Positions 19,575 to 28,351 of a stretch of 61,618 nt of DNA are shown here, one piece after another (within the stretch, counting starts at the first letter, position 1; each line of letters opens with the position of its first letter). A program made the translations under genes and the position numbers. This stretch comes from Spirochaetaceae bacterium. GTDB taxonomy: Bacteria > Spirochaetota > Spirochaetia > DSM-2461. The notes below the pieces were generated by a model. That model searched no databases and had not been told where the DNA came from. It saw only the letters and a list, made by a program, of their open reading frames with translations. Location: assembly GCA_029210985.1 (NCBI GenBank), contig JARGFR010000001.1, positions 1-61,618 on the forward strand, written 5' to 3'.

Positions 19575-21068
19575 GTGAGCGACAATACTGCCCTGCTCCG
19601 GGCCGAGAACATCTCGAAAAGATACGGGGGTGTACAGGCCTTGGATGCGGTCGACCTGGAGGTCCAATCCGGGGAGGTTCATGCCGTCGTAGGCGAAAAC
19701 GGCGCCGGCAAATCCACACTCATCAAAATACTCAGCGGCATCGTCAAGCGGGATTCGGGAACGATAGTCCTGGACGGCCGGGAAGTGGAATACAGCGACC
19801 CGAAAGCGGCGTTCGAAGACGGCATTGCCGTTATCCATCAAGAACTCTCCATGCTGCCCCACATGAATGTCATCGAAAACATCTACATGGGAAAGATGAA
19901 GAATCGGTGGGGTCTGATTGATTGGAAAACCCTCGAAAAAGGCACTCGCGACGCCCTGGGAATGGTGGGCATGGAGCTGGATCCCCATACGCTGGTCGGG
20001 GATTTGAGCATCAGTCAGCGGCAAATGATCGAAATCGCCAAGGCCGTCCATACCAAAGCCCGCATCATCATCATGGATGAGCCCAATTCTTCCCTCTGCG
20101 ACTGGGAAACCGAAAAACTCTTCGAGGTGATTGAGAAACTTCAGAAAGAGGGCATCGCGATCGTGTACATCTCCCACAAACTGGATGAAGTCCTCAGGAT
20201 ATCGGACTACATCACGGTGTTCAGAGACGGGAAAAACGTCGGACGACTTCCGCGAGACGAAGCCACCGTCAACAAGATGATTACCCTCATGGTGGGCAGG
20301 AATCTCAACAGAGAGGGTGTCCGGCGCCGGGTGACCGGGGGGTTGAAACTCTCGGCCCGGAACCTCACCGGAGAGGGTTTCTCGTCGGTCAGCTTCGATT
20401 TGAAAGAAGGCGAAATACTTGGGTTCTCGGGACTCGTGGGGGCCGGTCGCAGCGAAGTGGCCCGGGCTATTTTCGGCGCCCAGGGTTTCGATGACGGAGA
20501 AATCACCCTCCGGGGGAAATCCGTCCGTTTCAGAAATCCGGCCGAAGCCATCCGGGCCGGGCTGGCGATGGTGCCGGAAGACAGGAAAAAACTCTCTCTC
20601 TTCATGGATATGTCCATCAGCTTCAATATGGCCATGGCCAACCTCTTCCGAATGAAGAAAGGCGTTGTCATTGATGAGGCCAAGCAGAAAGCGACTGTCG
20701 GGCAGTTTGTCGACAACCTGCGAATCAAACTGGGCCAGCGTTCCGATCCTGTCCGGAGTCTCTCGGGCGGTAACCAGCAAAAGACCATCCTGGGCCGATG
20801 GCTGGCTACCGAGCCGGACATTCTGATTCTGGACGAGCCCACCCACGGAGTGGACATCGGCGCCAAGGCCGATATCTATGCCTTGATCAGGGAGCTGGCC
20901 GAAAAGGGCAAGAGCATCATCCTGATTTCGTCGGAAATGCCGGAAATTATCGCCATGTCGGACAGAGTCATCGTCATGACCGAAGGCCGGGTGAGCGCCG
21001 AGCTCTCCGACGAAGATATCACCGAAGAAAACATCATGGCCGCCGCGGCCCACTACGAGGAGCAATAA
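19575..21068 (+). CDS. Monosaccharide ABC ATP-binding protein (RbsA family, two NBDs)
   Basis: GENGAGKST, MDEPNSSL, YISHKL, LSGGNQQK, LDEPTHGVD. Confidence 0.94.
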   Translation: MSDNTALLRAENISKRYGGVQALDAVDLEVQSGEVHAVVGENGAGKSTLIKILSGIVKRDSGTIVLDGREVEYSDPKAAFEDGIAVIHQELSMLPHMNVIENIYMGKMKNRWGLIDWKTLEKGTRDALGMVGMELDPHTLVGDLSISQRQMIEIAKAVHTKARIIIMDEPNSSLCDWETEKLFEVIEKLQKEGIAIVYISHKLDEVLRISDYITVFRDGKNVGRLPRDEATVNKMITLMVGRNLNREGVRRRVTGGLKLSARNLTGEGFSSVSFDLKEGEILGFSGLVGAGRSEVARAIFGAQGFDDGEITLRGKSVRFRNPAEAIRAGLAMVPEDRKKLSLFMDMSISFNMAMANLFRMKKGVVIDEAKQKATVGQFVDNLRIKLGQRSDPVRSLSGGNQQKTILGRWLATEPDILILDEPTHGVDIGAKADIYALIRELAEKGKSIILISSEMPEIIAMSDRVIVMTEGRVSAELSDEDITEENIMAAAAHYEEQ

Positions 21069-21069
21069 T

Positions 21070-22338
21070 ATGACGAGTCGAGAACGAGTCGAAGCCGCCC
21101 TGAACCACGTACAGCCCGATCAGGTCCCTATGGATTTCGACGGTACCGCCGTCACGGGAATGCATGTCAGCGTGGTGGCCGATCTCCGCAGACACTACGG
21201 ACTGGGAGATGATCCGGTGAAAATCCACGAACCCTTCCAATGTCTGGGCTATATAGAAGAAGACCTCCAGGAGATTCTCGGGGTTGATGTATCTCCCGCG
21301 AACGGACCGAATACGTTCTTCGGTTTCGAAGGCAAAGACTGGAAGGAATGGCGGACACCCTGGGGCCAGGACGTTCTGGTACCGGGTCAGTTCAACGTCA
21401 CCACCTCCCCGGAAGGAGACACCTATATCTACCCCGAAGGCGATCTCACCGCGCCGGCCAGCGGACACATGCCCGCGTCGGGATATTTCTTCGACGCCGT
21501 CGTCCGGCAGCCGCCCCTCCCCGCCGACGATGCCGATTTGAAAATTGAAGACAACCTGGAGGAATTCCAACCCCTTCCCGACGATGTCATCGCCGACGTC
21601 AAAGCGAAAGTGGAAACCGAGTACGCCAGGGATCGTTTTGTCATTACGAACGTCGGCGGTACGGGCCTGGGAGACATTGCCTTGGTGCCCGCGCTGTTCA
21701 TGAAGCATCCCAAGGGAATCCGTGACGTCACCGAATGGTATGTCTCTACAGCCCTGCGCCCGGATTTTGTCGGTGAAATCTTCGAAAAACAAATCGACAT
21801 CGCCATCCCGAACCTCAAAAGGCTTCACGATGCCTGCGGCGACAAAATCGGCGCCATCTTCATCTGCGGAACCGATTTCGGGACTCAGGATTCCACATTC
21901 TGTTCACCGGAAACCTATAGAAGCCTTTATCATCCGCATTATAAAAAGCTGAATGACTGGATTCACGCCAATACCGGCTGGAAAACCTTCAAGCACAGCT
22001 GCGGCTCCATCCCCGGCTTCATGCCGCTGCTGATTGAGTCGGGATTTGACATCATCAACCCGGTGCAAACTTCAGCCAAGGGCATGGACCCCGAATGGCT
22101 GAAGAAGGAGTTCGGATCGGACGTCACCTTCTGGGGCGGCGGAATGGAAACTCAGAAAATCCTGCCTTTCGGAACACCGGAAGAAGTCCGAGAAGAGGCC
22201 ATGAGGAAATGTGAAATATTCGGCAAGGACGGCGGATTTGTCTTCAACGCCATCCACAACGTCCAGGCTAAAACCCCTGCGGAAAATGTCGTAGCCATGA
22301 TTGAAGCCGTGCATGAGTTCAACGGTACAAAGAAATAG
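21070..22338 (+). CDS. Uroporphyrinogen-decarboxylase-fold protein (putative methyltransferase/demethylase component)
   Basis: MTSRERV..ALNH..PD, GTDFGTQ, KHSCG, NPVQ, FWGGG, GGFVFNAIHNVQ. Confidence 0.82.
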   Translation: MTSRERVEAALNHVQPDQVPMDFDGTAVTGMHVSVVADLRRHYGLGDDPVKIHEPFQCLGYIEEDLQEILGVDVSPANGPNTFFGFEGKDWKEWRTPWGQDVLVPGQFNVTTSPEGDTYIYPEGDLTAPASGHMPASGYFFDAVVRQPPLPADDADLKIEDNLEEFQPLPDDVIADVKAKVETEYARDRFVITNVGGTGLGDIALVPALFMKHPKGIRDVTEWYVSTALRPDFVGEIFEKQIDIAIPNLKRLHDACGDKIGAIFICGTDFGTQDSTFCSPETYRSLYHPHYKKLNDWIHANTGWKTFKHSCGSIPGFMPLLIESGFDIINPVQTSAKGMDPEWLKKEFGSDVTFWGGGMETQKILPFGTPEEVREEAMRKCEIFGKDGGFVFNAIHNVQAKTPAENVVAMIEAVHEFNGTKK

Positions 22339-22347
22339 GAGTTGAAG

Positions 22348-23373
22348 ATGACCAAAGAGCGCATCGCGTTTTACCGCACACCGGTGGACCGAACACTGCT
22401 CAAAAAACTCACCGCCCGGCGAAATCTTCCCGGACTGCTCCAGTCCCTGGGAATGCTCGGCATCTATGCAGTCGGCATTGGGGGCATAATGGCCCTTTGG
22501 ACGGCCGAGCTATGGTTTCCTTTCTTCTTCGCTTGTTATCTCTTCTCTTTTTTCCAAGGGTTCCTCGGCATGGAAGCCTCCGTTCATGAGCTCAGTCACA
22601 AAACCCCCTTCAAGACACGCTGGCTCAACGAATTGTTCTACGGAATCTTCGCTTTCTTCACCTGGAACAATCCCGTTCATTTTCGGGAAAGCCACCGTCG
22701 CCATCATCAGTTCACGCTCTTTGCCGGTCAAGACAAAGAAGTGGTGATTCCTCCCGGGCCATTCGGCCCCAAGGACTATATCAGCTGGTTTCTTTTCGAT
22801 TATGAGAAGTTCAAGATGATCATGCGGGGGAATTGGGCCTACCTCCGGGGCAGGGATACCCCCGATACATTCAGTTGGGATCCCCTGTTCGAGAAAGACG
22901 ATCCCCGGCGGGCCAGGATGATGGCCTGGGCGCGGTTCCAATTCCTCGGCCACATCGCGCTGATTATCCTGTTCGCCGTGCTGGGACTCTGGCCGCTCAT
23001 CTATCTGGTGAGCTTCTCCTACTTCTTCGCCACATTCCTTTCTCGGTCCTGTGAGATTGTCCAGCACGTGGGTCTCCCCCAGAACGTCCCCGACTGGCGG
23101 GTCAACTGCCACACAATGAAATTCGGTCCCGTCATGGCATTCCTCTACTGGCGGATGAATTGGCATACCGAGCATCACATGTATGCCGCCGTACCGTTCT
23201 GGAACCTCCATCGGCTTCATCAAGCCATCGCCCACGATTGTCCGGAGCCCGTCGTCGGCCATTGGAAGGGGGTCCGAAAAATCCTCTCCCTTATCAAAGC
23301 TCAGAGAAAAGATCCCGCCTTCGTGTTCGAACATCATTTTCCTGAGAGTGCGTCACCGCCGAAATTGTCTTAG
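22348..23373 (+). CDS. Membrane di-iron fatty-acid-desaturase-fold protein (MocD-like oxygenase)
   Basis: His boxes HELSH, HRRHH, HTEHH. QHVGL..NVPD.R.NC and MNWHTEHHMYAAVP.WNL are typical of the MocD-like subgroup. Confidence 0.82.
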   Translation: MTKERIAFYRTPVDRTLLKKLTARRNLPGLLQSLGMLGIYAVGIGGIMALWTAELWFPFFFACYLFSFFQGFLGMEASVHELSHKTPFKTRWLNELFYGIFAFFTWNNPVHFRESHRRHHQFTLFAGQDKEVVIPPGPFGPKDYISWFLFDYEKFKMIMRGNWAYLRGRDTPDTFSWDPLFEKDDPRRARMMAWARFQFLGHIALIILFAVLGLWPLIYLVSFSYFFATFLSRSCEIVQHVGLPQNVPDWRVNCHTMKFGPVMAFLYWRMNWHTEHHMYAAVPFWNLHRLHQAIAHDCPEPVVGHWKGVRKILSLIKAQRKDPAFVFEHHFPESASPPKLS

Positions 23374-23457
23374 ACTTCAACGAAGCAATTCGCCGTGCCG
23401 TCATTGGGGAACGCCGGCCGCCTGTGGTCTGAGAAACCGGCGTTAAGGAGACCCCTC

Positions 23458-24276
23458 ATGCAAATCGAATACTACTGTCCCATCTGGGGAAGCACGGAAA
23501 TACCCTTCGACGATTTTATCGCTCGAGTGAAAGACGCCGGTTACGACGGTGTGGAAATGGGATTTCCTTCAGGGGACGCGGCAAAACGGGATCTCAGACT
23601 CGCGGCATTGAAGAATTCCGGTTTAAAACTCATCGCTCAGCATTACGAGACCGAAAATGCCGACCCGGGCGGCCATTTGACTGAATATCAAAACCGGTTG
23701 CGATTTCTCACAGAAGCCGAACCCGAATTCATCAGTTCCCAGACAGGTCGGGACTTCTTCGAATTCGAGGACAACCTCCGCATCATCGCCGCGGCGGATG
23801 AAATCGCCGGGAAAACAGGTCAAAAGATCCTCCACGAAACTCATCGAAGCAAACTGTCCTTCGCGGCTCATATCACGAAGCGCTTTCTCGAAAAACTCCC
23901 GAATATGCGCCTCACATTGGATATCAGCCATTGGTTCTGCGTCCATGAACGATTCCTGACCGATCAACCCACCGCCGTCGACCTGGCCGTCAGCCGAACC
24001 GACCATCTCCATGCCAGGGTCGGCCACGACCAGGGATCTCAGGTTCCCGATTTCAGAATTCCCGAATGGCGGACCGTCCTGGACACCCACCTGGCCATTT
24101 GGGATCGCGTTCTCGCCGGTGCTCGAGCCGACGGCCGGGATCGGTTCACCGTCACACCGGGATTCGGTCCGGCACCCTACACTCTTTATCGGCCGGGAAC
24201 CAATCATCCATTGGCGGACCAATGGCAGCTGAATATTGATATGATGGCGCTGTTGAAGAAACGCTGGGGCAGCTGA
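23458..24276 (+). CDS. Sugar-phosphate isomerase/epimerase-like TIM barrel
   Basis: GYDGVE, HETHR, LDISHW, HLHARVG. RBS aaggag before ATG 23458. Confidence 0.8.
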   Translation: MQIEYYCPIWGSTEIPFDDFIARVKDAGYDGVEMGFPSGDAAKRDLRLAALKNSGLKLIAQHYETENADPGGHLTEYQNRLRFLTEAEPEFISSQTGRDFFEFEDNLRIIAAADEIAGKTGQKILHETHRSKLSFAAHITKRFLEKLPNMRLTLDISHWFCVHERFLTDQPTAVDLAVSRTDHLHARVGHDQGSQVPDFRIPEWRTVLDTHLAIWDRVLAGARADGRDRFTVTPGFGPAPYTLYRPGTNHPLADQWQLNIDMMALLKKRWGS

Positions 24277-24360
24277 GATCATCAGGCGTGGAGCAGAGCG
24301 GCCGCCTAGCGCGGTAGGAATTGACCGGAAACGATTTGAAGATGTGACAATTATATCGCA

Positions 24361-24492
24361 GACTTGCGTCTGAAGGTTGAGCCCGTTTATCCTGAAGGAT
24401 TCGAAAGCCTCTTCGGCTCAATAAATGATGCCGGCTTTCAACGCCCTTCACAATTGCCGTTTGGCCAGGATTCTTACAGAGAATCACTATAA
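24361..24492 (+). pseudogene. 3' remnant of a VapB-type antitoxin
   Basis: Reads DLRLKVEPVYPEGFESLFGSINDAGFQRPSQLPFGQDSYRESL*, coupled by TAATG to vapC. There is no ATG and an in-frame stop at 24337. Confidence 0.6.
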
Positions 24493-24822
24493 TGTTCTTT
24501 CTGGATTCGAATACATGTATCTACTTCCTCAACGGAAGCTCTGAATCTATAAAGAACCGAATCCTAACCACACCCCCGATCGACATCGCTATTCCTTCTA
24601 TTGTCAAGGTAGAATTGCTGCTTGGAGCATACAAAAGCAAGAACCCGACAGCGACGAAAGAAAAACGGAGAGATCATCGGACCGCATGACCTGATAATTG
24701 CTTCAATTGCCAGATTTCATGATGCAGTCTTGGTGACAAACAACATTAGGGAGTTTTCAAGAGTGAAAGGCTTGAGAGTTGAAGACTGGAAGGAAGATCG
24801 CAACATAGACGCTTCAACCTGA
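24492..24822 (+). pseudogene. vapC: VapC PIN-domain toxin broken by an internal deletion/frameshift
   Basis: Frame 1: MFFLDSNTCIY...SIVKVELLLGAYKS. Frame 2: GEIIGPHDLIIASIA...LVTNNIREFSRVKGLRVEDW. The central helical segment is missing at about 24665. Confidence 0.85.
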
Positions 24823-24943
24823 GAAGTCATCCGACACCCCATCTGTCATATCTGGGTAGGCTGCATTGGTCAAAAAGACAACCCGTCGGTGATTTCGGGC
24901 AATATTCCGCAAGTGAACTTGTGCATTCTGAATAATACTTGTA

Positions 24944-25915
24944 ATGAAAAAAACAACTGGGGGCAGGCCGATGGCACTTGATGAAAAAGGATATTGGAAA
25001 CCCGACAGCCCCAGTACTTATTCCCCGGTCTTTCAGGGACCTTTACGTCCCAAGGCCATTCTCAAATGGTTTTTCGGTTGGGGCGGTCTAATCTGGCCGC
25101 GGCACGTCAGTTATGCTCTGTTGGCTGTCGGTACCTGGTTCTTTCTCCAAGCCGACCTGACGGCGACGAAGACTCTGTCTGCCGGATGGATCGGCACAAT
25201 GCTTCTTCGGAACCTTGTTCTTATATGGATTGTGTTCGGGTTTTACCATCTGACTCTTTACATCATGAAGGTTCAGGGAAAGCGAGGAAAATACGATCCG
25301 AAATGGCAGGAAAAAGGGAAGAAGAAGTTCCTTTTCAAGAGTCAGGTTTTGGATAATATCTTCTGGACCTGCGTCTCAGGTGCTCCCATCTGGACCGCCT
25401 ATGAAGTATTTTATGTCTGGGCCGCGGCCAACGGTAAGGTTCCGCTCGTGACATGGTCGGCCAATCCGATCTGGTTCGTCGCCTGGTTTTTCATTATACC
25501 GTTCTGGCGAGAAACCCATTTCTATTTCATTCATCGCCTCCTACACTGGAAACCTTTACTCCGGGCCATACACAGCAACCATCATAAGAATCCCAATCCG
25601 GGTCCATGGTCCGGAATGTCGATGCACCCTCTTGAGCACATCGGCTATTTCAGCTGTTTGCTCATCCATTTTGTTGTTCCATCACATCCCATTCATTTCT
25701 TCTACGATGCTCAGCTGACGGCCCTCACCCCGGCCCAGGGGCATTCGGGTTTTGAAGGACCTCTCTTCGGGAATAAATGGCCCGTCGGCGATTATTTCCA
25801 TTACCTGCACCATCGTTATGTGTCATGTAATTTTGGAGGAGCGACGATTCCCTGGGACAAATGGCTGGGACGGTTCTATGACGGGGTTGGTCCTTATAGA
25901 ACAAAAAACAGATAG
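24944..25915 (+). CDS. Sterol desaturase/fatty-acid hydroxylase family membrane di-iron protein
   Basis: His boxes HRLLH, HSNHH, HYLHH. NPGPWSGMSMHPLE and GHSGF. Alternative start at 24971. Confidence 0.85.
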   Translation: MKKTTGGRPMALDEKGYWKPDSPSTYSPVFQGPLRPKAILKWFFGWGGLIWPRHVSYALLAVGTWFFLQADLTATKTLSAGWIGTMLLRNLVLIWIVFGFYHLTLYIMKVQGKRGKYDPKWQEKGKKKFLFKSQVLDNIFWTCVSGAPIWTAYEVFYVWAAANGKVPLVTWSANPIWFVAWFFIIPFWRETHFYFIHRLLHWKPLLRAIHSNHHKNPNPGPWSGMSMHPLEHIGYFSCLLIHFVVPSHPIHFFYDAQLTALTPAQGHSGFEGPLFGNKWPVGDYFHYLHHRYVSCNFGGATIPWDKWLGRFYDGVGPYRTKNR

Positions 25916-25940
25916 ACGCTGAAGACACCGAAACGAAATT

Positions 25941-26828
25941 CTAATCCTTTCCGCCGGTAGAGCGTCGGAACGCCGACGGGGTTATCCCGTACCGTTCCTT
26001 GAATCTGGCATTGAAATGGGACAAGCTGCCGAATCCAACCTCTTCAGAAATTCCGGATATGGTGAAGACACTATCGCGTAAATGCATGGCGGCGATAGTC
26101 AGCCGATAGTCGTTTATCAATTCGGTGAATGTACGACCTGTTATCCGCTTCACATATCGACAAAACGACGTTCGGGTCAGGGCAAGTTTTTCGGCCGCCC
26201 CGTCGATGGAAGCTTCGGTCGCATACTCCGCCTCTATGTAGTCCTGGAGTCGAGAAAGGCGTACGGCGTCAACATCGTGGGACAGTAAGCTGGGAGCACC
26301 TGGAGAAAGGATTCGTATCGATCTCGACGAAAGCAAGTCCGCCAAATCGGCCAGTAGAGACAATAGCAGCGAAAGCCGTCGGTACCCTGGGGATGTCACA
26401 ATGTTTCGAAGTTCCTTTTCAAGCTCGGGTATCTCTGTTCGTCGAAAACCCAGCCCCGCAGTTGATGATTGAAGCAGCTCCAGTATTGGTGCATTCTCCG
26501 GGAGGTGGAAAAAACCAGGACCGAAAGCATCATGACGGAATTGGACGACTCGAGCCATGGGCTCCTCAATCATATTTTGAGACGTATGATCATCAGCCCG
26601 GCGAGCGGTAAATCGATGAGGAAGCCTTCCGCCGAATAGAAATAGGTCACCTGAATCAAAATTCGTCGTATCGGCTCCGCAGTAAACCACACCGCCAATT
26701 CCTTCTACCGCTGCCAGTTCATACTCCTGGTGGATATGAAAAGATTGATCCTGAGCCAGAAAACGGTATTCGTATGCGCGGAAGGAGTGGTCTGCATTTA
26801 GGCTGATACGTTCAAAATTGATTTGCAT
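25941..26828 (-). CDS. AraC-family transcriptional regulator (cupin + HTH)
   Basis: HIHQEYEL, LPH, VVQF, EVGFGSLSHFNARFK...TPSAFR. Confidence 0.92.
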   Translation of the reverse strand: MQINFERISLNADHSFRAYEYRFLAQDQSFHIHQEYELAAVEGIGGVVYCGADTTNFDSGDLFLFGGRLPHRFTARRADDHTSQNMIEEPMARVVQFRHDAFGPGFFHLPENAPILELLQSSTAGLGFRRTEIPELEKELRNIVTSPGYRRLSLLLSLLADLADLLSSRSIRILSPGAPSLLSHDVDAVRLSRLQDYIEAEYATEASIDGAAEKLALTRTSFCRYVKRITGRTFTELINDYRLTIAAMHLRDSVFTISGISEEVGFGSLSHFNARFKERYGITPSAFRRSTGGKD

Positions 26829-26870
26829 GGTTTCCTGTTTCCCAATTCTAGGCTATTTACCCCATAATGT

Positions 26871-26934
26871 GGATAATTTGGCATTAGATTAGGACAATCT
26901 CGCCGCTGTGCGACCACGACATTGAAGTTAAAAT
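26871..26934 (+). promoter_or_regulatory. Putative AraC-activated leaderless promoter
   Basis: Direct repeats ggataat (26871) and ggacaat (26892), 21 bp apart. -10 TAAAAT at 26929-26934, 6 nt before ATG. Confidence 0.45.
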
Positions 26935-26940
26935 TGTCCT

Positions 26941-27954
26941 ATGAATCCCAAAGAACTCGCCGTCGCCGTTATGAACGGTCAACCAGTCGAGAAACTCCCC
27001 TTCATGCCCATCACCATGATGTTTGCAGCCGACCGCATCAATGTACCGTACCGCCGTTACGCAACCGAAGCGGCCCTGATGGCCCGGGGGCAGCTGAAGA
27101 TTGCCGAAGAATTCGGCGCCGCCCAAATATCCGCGATTTCCGATCCGGGAGTGGAAGCCCATGACTTGGGCGCCGACATCGGATTTCCTGAGAACAATCC
27201 GCCTTATGTCAATGAAGAAAACGCCCTATTCGCGGACAAAGCCGCATTAGTCGGGGCCAAGACCATACGCCCTGAAAGCGGAAAGCGGATGTCCAATCGC
27301 GTGGAGGCCGTTCGTCTTATGGCCGAAGCGGCGGAGAACGACCGCCTGGTGGAAGGATGGGTCGAAGGCCCTTGTGCCGAAGCGTCCGACTTGAGGGGAA
27401 TCAACCGGTTGATGACGGATTTTTTCGATGATCCATCCTTTGTCGCCGATTTGATGGATTTCGTCACCGAACAGGCTATCCTGTTCGCCAGGGCCCAAAT
27501 CAGAGCCGGAGCCCAAATTGTGGGTATCGGGGATGCGGCATCATCCCTCATCGGACCCGACTTGTACGCCGAATTCTCCGTGCCCAGAACAAAACGGTAT
27601 ATCAACGCTATTCATGACGAAGGAGCCCTTGTTCGCCTCCACATTTGCGGCCGTACGGAAGGCCTGGCACCGTTCTGGAAAGAACTGGGGGCCGATATGA
27701 TCGACGTCGACGCCGGCAACTCCATAGCGGCGATCCGCGAAGCATTGGGACCAAACGTTTCCGCTCTGGCGGGAAACCTGGATCCGGTACGGGAAGTGCG
27801 GGACTCTCTGCCGAGCGCAATCGCCAAACGCTTGAATGCGTGCAGAAAAGAGAGCGCTCCACGCTTCATCGTCGGTGCTGGATGTGAAATACCCAGGGAT
27901 TGTCCGGCAGACAATTTGATGGCGATGAAGCATTTTGCGGATAATTTGAAATGA
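26941..27954 (+). CDS. MtaA/CmuA-like (URO-D fold) methyltransferase
   Basis: Zn-ligand pattern LHICG...AGCEI. Also PITMMFAA, GWVEGP, IGDAASSLI, GNLDPV. Confidence 0.82.
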   Translation: MNPKELAVAVMNGQPVEKLPFMPITMMFAADRINVPYRRYATEAALMARGQLKIAEEFGAAQISAISDPGVEAHDLGADIGFPENNPPYVNEENALFADKAALVGAKTIRPESGKRMSNRVEAVRLMAEAAENDRLVEGWVEGPCAEASDLRGINRLMTDFFDDPSFVADLMDFVTEQAILFARAQIRAGAQIVGIGDAASSLIGPDLYAEFSVPRTKRYINAIHDEGALVRLHICGRTEGLAPFWKELGADMIDVDAGNSIAAIREALGPNVSALAGNLDPVREVRDSLPSAIAKRLNACRKESAPRFIVGAGCEIPRDCPADNLMAMKHFADNLK

Positions 27955-28000
27955 AAAACAATCGGTAAATATTTAGTTGAATTAATTCGCTTCAGGCCGG

Positions 28001-28034
28001 AAAAAAACAAAAAAGACCGGCCTAAAGCCGGTCT
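28001..28034 (-). terminator. Rho-independent terminator (minus strand)
   Basis: Minus strand reads agaccggc-tttag-gccggtct followed by ttttgttttttt. Confidence 0.8.
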
Positions 28035-28234
28035 ATAGCCCGAGGAATGTTATCCTGCGGGTTCAAATATTTATCGGTTTTTAACCGTCAAAAATTGTCC
28101 AGTATGTTGGTGTTGAATCGTCTATAGGCGCCTCCTCGTTCTGGACGTATGTTACTACATCGCCGGTAATTACCGGCATACGCCTTTGGGTGGTTCCGTC
28201 ATCGCAACCTCCCTTTAATGGAATTAAATCACCT
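28005..28234 (-). ncRNA. Candidate stand-alone small RNA or small-peptide transcript (~230 nt)
   Basis: Bounded by a sigma70-like promoter (28241-28269) and a terminator (28001-28034). It has several hairpins and only 10- and 32-codon ORFs. Confidence 0.5.
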
Positions 28235-28240
28235 AATAAC

Positions 28241-28269
28241 ATTCTAATCCCAAAAACTCGAAAAGGCAA
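28241..28269 (-). promoter_or_regulatory. Sigma70-type promoter with AT-rich UP element
   Basis: Minus strand TTGCCT-17 nt-TAGAAT. AT-rich tract at 28270-28300. Confidence 0.7.
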
Positions 28270-28351
28270 AAATATTTTTCAATATTTTCTAAATAATATT
28301 TACGCGTCCAACGATCTATCAACAAGTCCTATCACAGCATAAAATAATTGT

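Noticed and set aside
19548-21065. 505-aa minus-strand ORF (similarly 18279-19313, 40274-41635, 57724-58779 and 59858-61294)
   Set aside because: Codon-register mirrors of real genes on the other strand, expected in GC-rich coding DNA.
21070-27954. hemE and lipid/sterol biosynthesis annotations for the URO-D and desaturase-fold genes
   Set aside because: The URO-D-fold proteins lack the HemE RQAGR motif and carry HxC metal motifs. The context is sugar import, not tetrapyrrole or lipid synthesis.
27953-28082. Imperfect inverted repeat (aaaaac..cggtaaatattt..tgaa / ttcaaatatttatcggttttt) as MITE ends
   Set aside because: Short, AT-rich and gapped, with no target-site duplication or second copy in the window.
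28081-28269. 62-aa ORF as listed in the track
   Set aside because: Its TTG start is the -35 box of the predicted promoter, upstream of the inferred TSS. Only the shorter internal ORFs could be translated.
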